This document shows, one piece after another, positions 21,478 through 30,850 of a stretch of 64,000 nt of DNA. How positions within the stretch are numbered: position 1 is the first letter of the stretch; every line of letters starts with the position of its first letter. This DNA comes from an uncultured Ruminococcus sp. (lineage in GTDB: Bacteria > Bacillota > Clostridia > Oscillospirales > Acutalibacteraceae), in NCBI GenBank assembly GCA_905234535.1, contig CAJOII010000001.1:5148-69147 (forward strand). The letters are read 5' to 3'. Below the pieces are notes generated by a model that searched no databases, was not told where the DNA came from, and worked only from the letters and a program-made list of their open reading frames with translations. The translations under genes and the position numbers were made by a program.

Positions 21478-22142
21478 ATATGTTCCCTCATTATCGTCAG
21501 TAATCGGTTGACCGATGTGTCGAGATCCTCCCCTGAGGTATCGACCATCACGGCGTCATCGGCGGGCTTTAAAGGCGCGATCGCGCGGTGGGAATCAGCG
21601 TAGTCGCGATCGATCACATCCTTCAAAACATCGTCGTATCTGACATCCATCCCCTTCTCGACGAGCTCGTCATAGCGGCGCTTCGCCCTGCACTCGGGAG
21701 ACGCGAACAAGAAAATCTTGAGCTTCGCGTCGGGAAGAACGACGGTTCCGATATCTCTGCCGTCCATGATCACATTCTTAGTGTGCGCCATATCGCGCTG
21801 CAGATCGAGCAAAAACGCCCTCACCTCGGGGATCGCCGACACTGCGGACGCCATCATCGAGATCTCGGGCGTGCGGATAAGGCCGGAGACATCCTCGCCG
21901 TTTAAGAGGACGATCTGCGCACCGCTCTCGTTGAAGGAAAGCTCAACCCTGATCTCGGGCAAGAGGGCGATCACCGCCTGTGTATCGGCAGCTTTCACGC
22001 CCTTTCGGTGCGCATAAAGCCCGATCGCCCTGTAAAGCGCTCCGGTATCGACATAGATGAAGCCGAGCTCCTTTGCCGCTAACTTCGCTATCGTGGATTT
22101 TCCCGCGCCGGCGGGACCGTCAATCGCAATCGATATAGACAT
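21474..22142 (-). CDS. cmk: Cytidylate kinase
   Basis: 222 aa; IAIDGPAGAGKST P-loop; conserved cmk-plsC-S1 neighbourhood. Confidence 0.95.
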   Translation of the reverse strand: MSISIAIDGPAGAGKSTIAKLAAKELGFIYVDTGALYRAIGLYAHRKGVKAADTQAVIALLPEIRVELSFNESGAQIVLLNGEDVSGLIRTPEISMMASAVSAIPEVRAFLLDLQRDMAHTKNVIMDGRDIGTVVLPDAKLKIFLFASPECRAKRRYDELVEKGMDVRYDDVLKDVIDRDYADSHRAIAPLKPADDAVMVDTSGEDLDTSVNRLLTIMREHI

Positions 22143-22299
22143 GATGATCTCCTTTATAATGATGAATGATAAATATTTGAGTGAAGAGCTGAGAATGGCG
22201 GTTACTCGCTTCGCTCGGACAATTCTATTAACTACATCCTACAACTCAGAACTGAGAACTGACAACTGACAACTAAGAACTGACAGCTGCCGGCTGTCC
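22143..22299. repeat. Mosaic intergenic repeat (E-D-C-Q in reverse complement)
   Basis: aatgatgaatgata, gagtgaagagctgag, actcgcttcgctcggacaat, (AACTGAN)n array. Confidence 0.85.
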
Positions 22300-23538
22300 T
22301 CATCCAATCGCAGCACACTCTCCCGCCAAACGGCCGGTACAGTAGGCGATCTGGAGGTTGAAGCCGCCGGTATAAGCGTCGACATCGAGCACCTCTCCGG
22401 CAAAATATAACCCTGAGATGAGCTTGCTCTCCATCGTCTTGGGACTTACCTCTCTGACATCCACGCCCCCCGAGGTCACGATCGCCTCGTCGATGGGACG
22501 AAACGACTGCACTGTCATTGTATAATTCTTTATCAGAACTAAAAGTCGTTTCCTCATCTCGGCGGTGAGGGCGTTGCACTTGATGTGCGGATCAATATCC
22601 GCTCTTTTCAGTATAACAGGAATCATACTCTTCGGCAAGAGCGCGAAGAGTGAATTAATGATATCTTTGTTGGAAAACTCCGAGAGATCCCTCAGGATCC
22701 GTTTATCGAGCGTTTCTTCGTCCAAAGCGGGCTTTAAGTCGATCGAGACGGTATAGCGCATAGGTGACATCTCGCGCATATGCGCGCTCGCCGACAGCGT
22801 CAGCGGACCCGAGATCCCAAAGTGGGTGAAGAGCATCTCGCCGAAGCCGCTGAATATTTCTTTCTCAGAAATATTATCCCTGACCGCCATTCGGATATTC
22901 CTCAGCGACAGCCCCGCCATATCGGCGCAGTATCCGTCGTTGACGGTCAGCGGTACCAATGACGGCAGGATGGGCGTGATCGTATGTCCCGCGGACTTTG
23001 CGAGACGGTAGCCGTCGCCGGTAGAGCCGGTGCCCTTATACGACATCCCGCCGCAGCAGATGATCACGCTGTCTGCGAGAAACTCTCCCCGATCAGTCAG
23101 CACGCCTTTGAGAGCGCCGTCCTCGATCAGAAGAGACTTCGCTTCAGCCTGTTCGACAGAGACTCCCAAGGATCGGATATAGCGGTATAAGGTATCCACC
23201 ACATCAGCCGCCTTGTCGGACTTTGGGAACACGCGGCTGCCGCGTTCGACCTTGGTCTCAAGTCCCAAGCCCTCGAAGAACGCTACCGTGTCATAACACG
23301 AGAAGCGCGCGATCGCGCTGTATAAGAACCGCGCGTTCGAGGTCAGGTTGCGGATGAATTCGTCGTTATCGCAGAAGTTCGTGATATTGCACCTGCCCTT
23401 GCCGGTGATCATCATTTTTCTGCCAACTTTTTGATTCTTTTCGAGAATAATAACCTCTGCCCCATTCTCCGCCGCAGCGCCTGCTGCCATCATGCCGGCA
23501 GGGCCCGCGCCAATGACGATCACCCTACGCTTTTTCAT
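22300..23538 (-). CDS. BaiN/HI0933-family NAD(P)/FAD-dependent flavoprotein
   Basis: 412 aa; GAGPAG dinucleotide fold and TGKGRCNITN motif. Confidence 0.85.
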   Translation of the reverse strand: MKKRRVIVIGAGPAGMMAAGAAAENGAEVIILEKNQKVGRKMMITGKGRCNITNFCDNDEFIRNLTSNARFLYSAIARFSCYDTVAFFEGLGLETKVERGSRVFPKSDKAADVVDTLYRYIRSLGVSVEQAEAKSLLIEDGALKGVLTDRGEFLADSVIICCGGMSYKGTGSTGDGYRLAKSAGHTITPILPSLVPLTVNDGYCADMAGLSLRNIRMAVRDNISEKEIFSGFGEMLFTHFGISGPLTLSASAHMREMSPMRYTVSIDLKPALDEETLDKRILRDLSEFSNKDIINSLFALLPKSMIPVILKRADIDPHIKCNALTAEMRKRLLVLIKNYTMTVQSFRPIDEAIVTSGGVDVREVSPKTMESKLISGLYFAGEVLDVDAYTGGFNLQIAYCTGRLAGECAAIG

Positions 23539-24412
23539 TGGAGGGTTCAGCGGCGGGCTGAGCGGTGTAGAGATTCTGTTCCTTCCAGACCTGCTCGAGA
23601 TCGGAGAAGGTCTTGATAATCTCGTCCTTGCGCTCGATCACGATCGCGACCAGCAGCGCGTTGATCAGGCTCAGAGGCGCGACCAGCGTATCGACGACCG
23701 AGGCGATATCCGAGCGCGCGAGCAGTACAGCGTCCGCAGACGCGACCAGCGGAGAGATCATCGAATCGGTAATCGCGATAACTCGAGCTCCCCTGTCGCT
23801 CGCAAAGCTCATCGCGTCGACCGCCATAGTAGAATATCTCGGAAAGCTGATGCCGATCATCACATCCTTGTCGGTGATGCGGAACAGCTTCTCATAGGTA
23901 GTGGTCTTGGAGGTAGAGTTGAGCATCGTGACATTTCCGAAAATCAGATCGAGATAATAGCCGAAGAAGCTCGCGATATAGGACGCCGACTTGACGCCGA
24001 AGATATAGATATGCTTCGCGTTAATGATCGCGTCGACTGCCTTGTTAAAGTCCTCGCGGGAGATTTCCTCGATCGTGCGCTTGATCTTGTCGATATCCTG
24101 ATTGAGGACGCTCTCGACCACATCGGAGGAGGCGATCCTGCCGGTGGTGACCTCGATGCGCTGGATGGAGTTGAGCTTGTCCCTGATCATCTCCTGCATC
24201 GCTTTCTGCAAAAAAGGATAGCCGTCATAGCCCAGGGTGGTGGCAAATCTGACGACTGTACTCTCAGAGACACCGACGATCTCGCCGAGCTTCGCTGCGG
24301 TCATGAACGCGGCGGTATCGTAGTGCTCTTCTATGAAAGACGCGATCTTTCGCTGTCCTTTGGAAAAATTCTTTCTTGACAGGTCAATCCTGACCAGTAA
24401 ATTTGAGTCCAT
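23525..24412 (-). CDS. MurR/RpiR-family transcriptional regulator
   Basis: 295 aa; N-terminal HTH_6-like region, C-terminal SIS domain. Confidence 0.85.
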   Translation of the reverse strand: MDSNLLVRIDLSRKNFSKGQRKIASFIEEHYDTAAFMTAAKLGEIVGVSESTVVRFATTLGYDGYPFLQKAMQEMIRDKLNSIQRIEVTTGRIASSDVVESVLNQDIDKIKRTIEEISREDFNKAVDAIINAKHIYIFGVKSASYIASFFGYYLDLIFGNVTMLNSTSKTTTYEKLFRITDKDVMIGISFPRYSTMAVDAMSFASDRGARVIAITDSMISPLVASADAVLLARSDIASVVDTLVAPLSLINALLVAIVIERKDEIIKTFSDLEQVWKEQNLYTAQPAAEPSNEKA

Positions 24413-24540
24413 CTCTGTAACCTCTGTATCTCAAGTTGACTTCATTTTATCATATCATCCTTCATTTTTCAACCGAATACAAGAGATTTTCAGAGATTTT
24501 TGAAATATTTTTTGACAGAAATTGCAAAAAATTCCGTCAT

Positions 24541-25188
24541 TTAATCGTCTTCATCCTCATCTCTCTTAGGCTTTGGGATCCGGTCGTACACCTCACATAC
24601 CCTGTCTCTCTGCCAGAGCATCGGGGTGACCCTGAGAGAGTAGCCGTAGCCGTTGTCCACCGCCCAGTCAAAGGGCTTTGCCGTGGGGATGCCGTAGACC
24701 GAGAGCAGGGTCATGATCACGCCGCCGTGAGTGATGATCGCGCAGTCGGTGGTGCCGGTTTTCATCAGGCCATCGACGATCTGCTCGAAGATCAGACAGA
24801 TCCTGCGGGTGAAGTCCGCGTTCGACTCGCCGCGCGGGGGCTTGACGGAGGGATCCCCCGCGAGCCACTTGGAGAAGTCGGGATTTCCGATGATCTCTTC
24901 GGCGGAGTGATTCTCCCACTCGCCGAAGTTACACTCCGAGAGCTGATCGATCACGATCGCCTGTGTGTTCGGATAGAGGATCTTCGCCGTTTGTGTGCAG
25001 CGCTTCAGAGGACTTGTGAAGACCGCCGCGGCATAGGGGTAGTCCTTCTCGAAGTCGAGCTTTCTCAGCTTCATCTTCCCCTCTTCGCACAAAGGGATAT
25101 CGGTGGTGCCGATATACTTGCCCGAGAGTGTCGGGGCGATCTCTCCGTGGCGGATCATATGGATATAGTAGGATTTCATTTTATTCAC
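24541..25188 (-). CDS. Histidine phosphatase (phosphoglycerate mutase-like) family protein
   Basis: 215 aa; IRHGE catalytic RHG motif near N-terminus, ITHGG second His motif. Confidence 0.8.
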   Translation of the reverse strand: MNKMKSYYIHMIRHGEIAPTLSGKYIGTTDIPLCEEGKMKLRKLDFEKDYPYAAAVFTSPLKRCTQTAKILYPNTQAIVIDQLSECNFGEWENHSAEEIIGNPDFSKWLAGDPSVKPPRGESNADFTRRICLIFEQIVDGLMKTGTTDCAIITHGGVIMTLLSVYGIPTAKPFDWAVDNGYGYSLRVTPMLWQRDRVCEVYDRIPKPKRDEDEDD

Positions 25189-25251
25189 CTGACTTTACAA
25201 ATTGTAAAATATCGTATATACTGTTTGTATAAAACAAAAAGGACTGATCAT

Positions 25252-25902
25252 ATGAATAAGGATTTTTCAAGAGCGATCACCCTGCTTCGAAAGGAGCGGA
25301 ATTTAAGCCAGAAGCAGGTCGCCTCGGATCTCGGCGTCTCTCAGGCGCTGCTCTCTCACTATGAGAAAGGGATCCGTGAGCCGGGGCTTCAGTTCCTGAT
25401 AAGAGCCGCCGACTACTATGAGGTCTCGGCAGACTTCCTCTTGGGAAGGACGCTTACGAAAGGGCATCCGTCCGAAGAATCAGAGGGAGCTTTCGAGAAG
25501 GAGAAGAAGCAGACCCCGAGCCTGAGACTGCTCTCTAATACCCTGTCGCTGATCTATGATCTGTTGATATCAGCATCAAACCGCAAGCTCACGCGAAATG
25601 TCTCTCAGCTTCTGATGCTGTGTGAGTATAAGATCTTAAGGGATCTGTTCTCCGGCGGCGAGCGTCAAACGGCGCTGTTCTCCGCGAGCGAAGAAACCTA
25701 TCGGGGATATTCAACGGCTGCGATCCTGAAGCTGTTCGCCGATATCGAAGCGCAAAGCGACATCTCCTCTCCTCAGTATGTCGAAAAGCTCCGAGAGCTC
25801 AATCTCTCGGAGAGCGCCCTCTTACAGGAATATCCGGACTTCGCGCCGTCGGTGTTCAATGTGATCTCCCACTCGGAGAACACGATCGCAAAGCTAAAGT
25901 AG
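25252..25902 (+). CDS. XRE-family HTH transcriptional regulator with uncharacterised C-terminal domain
   Basis: Only the 3' third of the 488-aa ORF; ATG 25252 behind AAAGGA RBS; HTH LSQKQVASDLGVSQALLSHYEKG. Confidence 0.8.
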   Translation: MNKDFSRAITLLRKERNLSQKQVASDLGVSQALLSHYEKGIREPGLQFLIRAADYYEVSADFLLGRTLTKGHPSEESEGAFEKEKKQTPSLRLLSNTLSLIYDLLISASNRKLTRNVSQLLMLCEYKILRDLFSGGERQTALFSASEETYRGYSTAAILKLFADIEAQSDISSPQYVEKLRELNLSESALLQEYPDFAPSVFNVISHSENTIAKLK

Positions 25903-26045
25903 CGGGTGGCTTCCTCAGTTGTCAGTTATCAGATGTCAGTTCTGAATTGTAGGGAGTAGTCAAAAGATTTGTCCGAGCGAAGCGAGTAACCGCCGCTCTT
26001 CACTCTTAGCTCTTAGCTCTTCACTTGAATATCTATCATTCATTC
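25903..26045. repeat. Mosaic intergenic repeat (Q-P remnant-C-D-E)
   Basis: cagttgtcagttatcag, attgtaggg, tttgtccgagcgaagcgagt, cactcttagctcttagctcttcac, atcattcatt. Confidence 0.85.
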
Positions 26046-26080
26046 TAAAAAATCGGCTGCCGCAAGATACAGCGGCAGCC
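26046..26080 (-). terminator. Intrinsic terminator after the pseudokinase gene
   Basis: GGCTGCCGC-loop-GCGGCAGCC hairpin followed by GATTTTTT on the minus strand. Confidence 0.75.
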
Positions 26081-26096
26081 CTTATCTTTGAGTGGA

Positions 26097-27722
26097 TTAA
26101 TATTCATCATCGGGATACGGTCCGAGCGAGACGATCAGTGTGATCTCGGAGCCGGACTCGATCTTGTCGCCGGCGGTGTGATCCTTGTAGCCGATGACCT
26201 TATCCTCACCGACAGTAGAGTCATACTCGACCTCCTGCAGGACAACAAAGCCTAAGTCGGAGAGCTTCTCGGCGGCGGATGTCAGCGACTTGCCGGTGAC
26301 ATCGGGCAGCTCTGTCAGCTGGGGGCCCTTACTCAGTACGACATAGATAACCGCGTTGCCGGAGGTCATCGGCGTACCGGGCTGAGGCGTCTGAGAGATG
26401 ACATTCCCTTCGGGAACGGTATCGCTGAACTCACCGTCAGCGGAGATCTTGAGCGAGAGGGAGGGATCCGCTTCGATCGCCTTGGAGACCTCCTGATAGG
26501 TCTTGCCGACATAGTCGGGAACCACCGGACCTGTCCAGTCCTCAGCAATCGTCGGTGCCTGGGTGGGAGGGGTAGTGACACTCTCCTCAAACAGACCGAC
26601 CAGCGGGTTGAGCGACAGCCACCACAGACCGACCGCTCCTAAGATAAGCAGCGCCACGACTGTAGCGACAATGCCTACCGCGGTGGGGTTGACCTTGGAC
26701 TTTCTCTCCTCCTCACGCTGAACCGGCGTCATCGACGCGGTGCGCGAGATCTCGTCCTGGATCGCCTGTACCGTAGACGCGACGGAGAGCTGGGCTCTCA
26801 GCTCGTCAAAGTTCGAGATGCGGTTGTCTCTCTTCATCTGCAGACCGTTCGCGAGCGCGGTCACCACATGGGGCGGCAGTCTCTTGACGGTGTTGGTGCT
26901 GATGAGCAGGCGCGCGTCCTTCTCTCTGTCTTTGGCGCTTGCGGGAAGGTTACCGGTAAGGGCAAAGAACAGGGTCGCCGTAAAGCCGTAGATATCGGTA
27001 GCGCTGTTGAGAGACTCGTTCTGGCGGTACTGCTCGGGAGCGGAACAGCCGGAGTAGAGCTGGCTCTTGAGGATCGTGCCGCGCTTTCTCTCGTTCTCGG
27101 AGGAGAAACCCGCGAGCTTCAGCTTACCGGTAGAAGTGACGAACAGGTTCGACGGAGAGACCGCATAGTGTCCGACATTATTCTTATGTAAAGTTTCTAA
27201 GAGCGTGATGATCGGCATGAAGAGCGGACGCGCGGCATCCCACTCGAGATGTCCGCCGTTTTTCTCGACATACTGAGCGAACGGGATCAGATCGTCGCTC
27301 TCTTCGATCACATAGACGGTGTTGTTCTCTGAAAACATATCGAGGATATCAACCATCGCGGACTTGTCCGTGATCGCCTCCACCGTCTCGTAAAAGCTCA
27401 TGAAGTCAGCCATCGCCTGAGAGAACTTCGGCTTGTCGGTCGGAGAGACAAAGAGCTTCTTCTCCCCTTCGTTTCTGTCGAAGAGACCCATCGGCAGGAA
27501 CTCTCTGACCGTGATCACCTTTCCGTTATCGTTGTTATAACCGAGGTATCGGGTCGACTCGCCGTTGGTGTCCAAGTTCTTCGCGACGACATACTTGCCG
27601 CCTAAGACCGTGCCGTACGGCAGAAAGGGCGCCGACTGCTTCCCTGCGTTATCAAATCCGCAGACAGAGCATACCGCGTCCGAGCGAGGTATCTCATTCA
27701 AGCAACCCATACACAAAGGCAT
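26097..27722 (-). CDS. Zinc-ribbon / Hanks-type pseudokinase / TM / two-PASTA-domain protein
   Basis: 541 aa; CxxC...CxxC N-terminus; kinase fold retained (SAPE, TDIYGF) but HRD->HYA, DFG->GFS, no G-loop; one TM; two PASTA-like repeats. Confidence 0.8.
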   Translation of the reverse strand: MPLCMGCLNEIPRSDAVCSVCGFDNAGKQSAPFLPYGTVLGGKYVVAKNLDTNGESTRYLGYNNDNGKVITVREFLPMGLFDRNEGEKKLFVSPTDKPKFSQAMADFMSFYETVEAITDKSAMVDILDMFSENNTVYVIEESDDLIPFAQYVEKNGGHLEWDAARPLFMPIITLLETLHKNNVGHYAVSPSNLFVTSTGKLKLAGFSSENERKRGTILKSQLYSGCSAPEQYRQNESLNSATDIYGFTATLFFALTGNLPASAKDREKDARLLISTNTVKRLPPHVVTALANGLQMKRDNRISNFDELRAQLSVASTVQAIQDEISRTASMTPVQREEERKSKVNPTAVGIVATVVALLILGAVGLWWLSLNPLVGLFEESVTTPPTQAPTIAEDWTGPVVPDYVGKTYQEVSKAIEADPSLSLKISADGEFSDTVPEGNVISQTPQPGTPMTSGNAVIYVVLSKGPQLTELPDVTGKSLTSAAEKLSDLGFVVLQEVEYDSTVGEDKVIGYKDHTAGDKIESGSEITLIVSLGPYPDDEY

Positions 27723-27945
27723 ATTATATTCCCCCTAAGTTGCATAGTACTACATATTACAGCTCATTATAACATACCCCGCCGCCCTAAAGCAAGAAAA
27801 TTCAGGAAAAACAGGTTACAGTTTTGCAATCAATTTTATTCTGTATCAGAAATATAAGATCGAACATAATACAGCTGATATTCAGTTTTCAGTATTCATT
27901 TAGAAAATCCTGTCAGCAGGACTGAAAAATGAAGAATATAAACGC

Positions 27946-27972
27946 AAAAAAACCTGCCGCTTACACGACAGG
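27946..27972 (-). terminator. Intrinsic terminator closing the tRNA-Ala transcription unit
   Basis: CCTGTCG-TGTAAG-CGGCAGG hairpin followed by TTTTTTT on the minus strand. Confidence 0.75.
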
Positions 27973-27975
27973 ATT

Positions 27976-28322
27976 TTCGCTTATGGAGACGGACGGGAGT
28001 TCTCTCTTTCGGTCAAAGCCTGCCCCGTATTCGGAGCGTCACCTCCTGTCTTAGGTCGCGCCTACGCTCTCCCTAAAAACAGTCCGCCGGACTGTTTTTG
28101 TCATCGGATTTCAGCGACCTTGCACAAATCGGGATCCCCGAAAAGCCCCTGCTTTTTGGGGAGAGGAGAAACGGCGGCGCGAGCACGAGATCGGCAAACC
28201 CTTGCCGTTCTCAGCAAGCACAGCTCGTGACGACGACACGGTCGCTTCGATCTCGTCCCTCTCCATTTTATTTCGGAATGAATTAAGGGATACCCGAAGG
28301 TACCCCTTAATATTTGTATGGA
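27976..28322 (-). ncRNA. Candidate structured non-coding RNA / tRNA-3'-end-bracketed segment of unknown class
   Basis: No credible ORF; lies between tRNA-Ala and a strong terminator; ends can pair (11 bp); UUCG hairpin 28283-28310; nested hairpins throughout. Confidence 0.3.
28075..28099. terminator. Perfect 11-bp palindromic hairpin flanked by A5/T5 (bidirectional terminator-like)
   Basis: AAAAACAGTCC-GCC-GGACTGTTTTT. Confidence 0.45.
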
Positions 28323-28395
<73 letters not shown>

Positions 28396-28406
28396 GCAAC
28401 AATGCT

Positions 28407-28435
28407 ATCATACCACAAGATTATCTATAATGCAA
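28407..28435 (-). promoter_or_regulatory. Near-consensus sigma-A promoter of tRNA-Ala
   Basis: TTGCAT - 17 nt - TATGAT with TG at extended -10, -10 ends 11 nt before tRNA position 1. Confidence 0.6.
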
Positions 28436-28589
28436 GAAAAATTTTCGAAAAGGAGCGGTCAGGTGATTTCGCTGTAAAGTTAATAAATATATGTTTCTCC
28501 CTTTGGTCGGTCAATTCTATATCCTGTTTTCTAAGCTCTTTGACGACTGACTTCTAATAACAGCCAAACCCCTCCGCCTCGCTTGTCGC

Positions 28590-28705
28590 TCGGCACCTCC
28601 CCTTAGGCAGGGGAGGCTTTGCACCCTACAATATAATTGTCCGAGCGCAGTGAGTATCCTTCACTCTTCACTCACATATTTATCATCTATTATTCATCAT
28701 TAAAA
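28590..28705. repeat. Mosaic intergenic repeat (GC hairpin, P remnant-C-D-E)
   Basis: 28618-28662 is ~90% identical to 6018-6062 (tttgc.ccctacaatataattgtccgagcgcag.gagtatcc). Confidence 0.85.
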
Positions 28706-28710
28706 AGCGC

Positions 28711-30747
28711 TCAGTTCATCGTGTTTTCTGTGTTCTCAAAGAGCTGACGGATCTCGGCTCTGAGACCTTTGAGCGACGGATCGGAGAGATCTGAAGAGAA
28801 CTCCAAGAGTTCTTTCGCCGCGTCTGACGAGCGCGAGACGGTATCTGTGTCGGAGAAATCGGCGATCGAGAGCTTCGGCAGACCGTGCTGGCGCGAGCCG
28901 AAGAAGTCGCCGGGGCCGCGGAGCTTTAGATCCATATCGGCGATCTCAAAGCCGTTTGAGGTACGGCACATGGTAGAGAGGCGGAGCTTCGTGTTCTCGC
29001 TCTCGTTATCGGAGACGAGGATGCAGTAGGACTTGTGCTCTCCCCTGCCGACTCTTCCTCTGAGCTGATGCAGGGTGGAGAGCCCAAATCGCTCAGCGTT
29101 CTCGATCATCATGACGGTCGCGTTCTTGACATCCACGCCGACCTCGACCACGGTGGTGGATACGAGCACCATTATCTCACCCGAAGAGAAGCGGCGCATG
29201 ACATCATCCTTGTCCTTTGACTTCATCTTGCCGTGGAGGATCCCGACGGGGATATCCCGAAAATGCGTGAGCATCAGCTCGGCGGCATAGTCAGTCGCGG
29301 AGTTCAAATCACTCTCCCCTTCGTCTACAAGCGGACAGACAATATAGCACTGTCTGCCCTCTGAGAGCTGAGAGCGGATGAAGGAGAGCGCTCTATCCCG
29401 CTTCTCGGAGCTGATCAGAAGCGTCTGTATCTCTGTTCTGCCCGGAGGGAGCTCATCGATCACGGTGATATCAAGATCGCCGTAGATAATCAACCCTAAG
29501 GTGCGCGGGATCGGGGTCGCGGAGAGGACGAGGATGTGCGGCTGTTCGCCTTTAGAGGCGAGCTTCGCTCTCTGATCCACGCCGAAGCGGTGCTGCTCAT
29601 CGGTGATGGCGCAGCCTAAACGATGGAACACGGTGCTCTCGGAGAGGATCGCGTGGGTGCCGATGACGATGTCGGCGTCTCCCGACTCGATGCGCTCGCG
29701 GGCTCTCTTCTTCTCAGCCGCAGAGAGCGAGCCGGTGAGCAGTTCGATCTTGATATCGGTATCTTCAAAGAAGTGTAGGAAGGTCTCATAGTGCTGAGAA
29801 GCGAGGATCTCGGTGGGCGCCATGAACGCCGCCTGATAGCCGTTTCTGACACACTGATAACATACCGCGGCGCACACGGCGGTCTTGCCGGAGCCGACAT
29901 CCCCCTGGATCAGGCGGTTCATGGGAGAGGTCTTGTGCATCATATCGTTCACGCAGTCGACGATCGCGTTGTGCTGCGCGCGGGTCAACTCGAAGGGCAG
30001 GCTCGAGATAAACTCGGCTGTATAGTCCTTCTCCATCCTAAGGGGCGTCTGCTCGCTGACGCGCGACTTTAAGAGCCGCATCCCGAGATTTAAGACCAAC
30101 AGCTCTTCGAACACCAGCCGCTCTCTCGCCTTCTCAAGCGCCCTCAGATCCGACGGAAAGTGGATATTCTCAAGCGCGTAGGAGAGCGTGCACAGGTGAT
30201 ATTGATTCAAAATCTGATACGGGATCGGGTCGCGTATCTCCTCGGGCAGCATCGAGAGCGCCTCTCTGACCGCCTTGGTCACCACGCGGTTATTGAGCCC
30301 CGCGGTGAGGTTATAGACGGGAGAGATCGAATCGGCGTCCTTGATCGATGAGAACTCGGGAGAGGTCATCTGATAGCCGATCGCCTCTTTCATCACTCTG
30401 CCGTAGAAGAGATAGGTCTCGCCGTAGTGAAGCATCGACGGGATATAGCGGTTGTTGAAAAAGACGAGGTTCATATAACCGGACTCATCAAATACCGCGA
30501 CGCGGCACATGATCCTGCCGCCCGAGAGGCGGATGGTGCGGACCGCTTCGGAAACGGTCGCCTTGATGACATACTTCTCCCCGTGAGTGACCTCGCTGAT
30601 CAAGGTGACATCCGACCAGTTCTCGTAGGTTCTCGGATAGAAGCGGATCAAATCGCCGACAGAGTGAATATTCAGTTTTGAGAACAGCTCTTCGCGCTTT
30701 TTGCCGATACCGCTGAGCTTCGATATCGGAACAGCAAACAGTGACAT
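28711..30747 (-). CDS. recG: ATP-dependent DNA helicase RecG
   Basis: 678 aa; wedge domain N-terminus, Walker A GDVGSGKT, DEQHRFG box. Confidence 0.95.
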   Translation of the reverse strand: MSLFAVPISKLSGIGKKREELFSKLNIHSVGDLIRFYPRTYENWSDVTLISEVTHGEKYVIKATVSEAVRTIRLSGGRIMCRVAVFDESGYMNLVFFNNRYIPSMLHYGETYLFYGRVMKEAIGYQMTSPEFSSIKDADSISPVYNLTAGLNNRVVTKAVREALSMLPEEIRDPIPYQILNQYHLCTLSYALENIHFPSDLRALEKARERLVFEELLVLNLGMRLLKSRVSEQTPLRMEKDYTAEFISSLPFELTRAQHNAIVDCVNDMMHKTSPMNRLIQGDVGSGKTAVCAAVCYQCVRNGYQAAFMAPTEILASQHYETFLHFFEDTDIKIELLTGSLSAAEKKRARERIESGDADIVIGTHAILSESTVFHRLGCAITDEQHRFGVDQRAKLASKGEQPHILVLSATPIPRTLGLIIYGDLDITVIDELPPGRTEIQTLLISSEKRDRALSFIRSQLSEGRQCYIVCPLVDEGESDLNSATDYAAELMLTHFRDIPVGILHGKMKSKDKDDVMRRFSSGEIMVLVSTTVVEVGVDVKNATVMMIENAERFGLSTLHQLRGRVGRGEHKSYCILVSDNESENTKLRLSTMCRTSNGFEIADMDLKLRGPGDFFGSRQHGLPKLSIADFSDTDTVSRSSDAAKELLEFSSDLSDPSLKGLRAEIRQLFENTENTMN

Positions 30748-30850
30748 GGGATTCTCCTTCTAAACAGAAATTTACTTTCACCTACGGCGTAAATGTGAGA
30801 ATAATTGCGCAGTGATATGCAATTATTCAAAAATTTCTAAAAATTATTTC

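Noticed and set aside
23492-24379. 295-aa plus-strand ORF
   Set aside because: It is exactly antisense to the RpiR-family regulator, which has clear HTH and SIS domains. Its composition (runs of R, D, G) is typical of antisense frames in GC-rich genes. The same reasoning applies to other long antisense ORFs in the track, such as 662-1135, 7983-8612, 15933-16664, 19308-20382, 32113-32706, 39396-40022 and 51359-51985.
24436-25251. The 5' two-thirds of the 488-aa plus-strand ORF, read as one large gene with the XRE regulator
   Set aside because: This part lies antisense to a well-supported histidine phosphatase gene. It is Arg/Asp/Gly-rich low-complexity sequence with no RBS. The HTH protein has its own ATG and RBS at 25252.
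27976-28322. tmRNA, SRP RNA, RNase P RNA or tRNA-Sec identity for the structured segment after tRNA-Ala
   Set aside because: The shared tRNA-Ala-like 3' end first suggested tmRNA. However, there is no T arm (GGTTCGA..CC) before the 3' strand, no GGGG..TTCGAC 5' end and no tag-like reading frame. The SRP helix-8 motif (GGAAGCAGC) and the RNase P motif GAGGAAAGTCC are both absent. A plus-strand fold with a GGAGAGG/CCTCTCC acceptor lacks a proper T stem and a 7-nt anticodon loop, so it is not tRNA-Sec.
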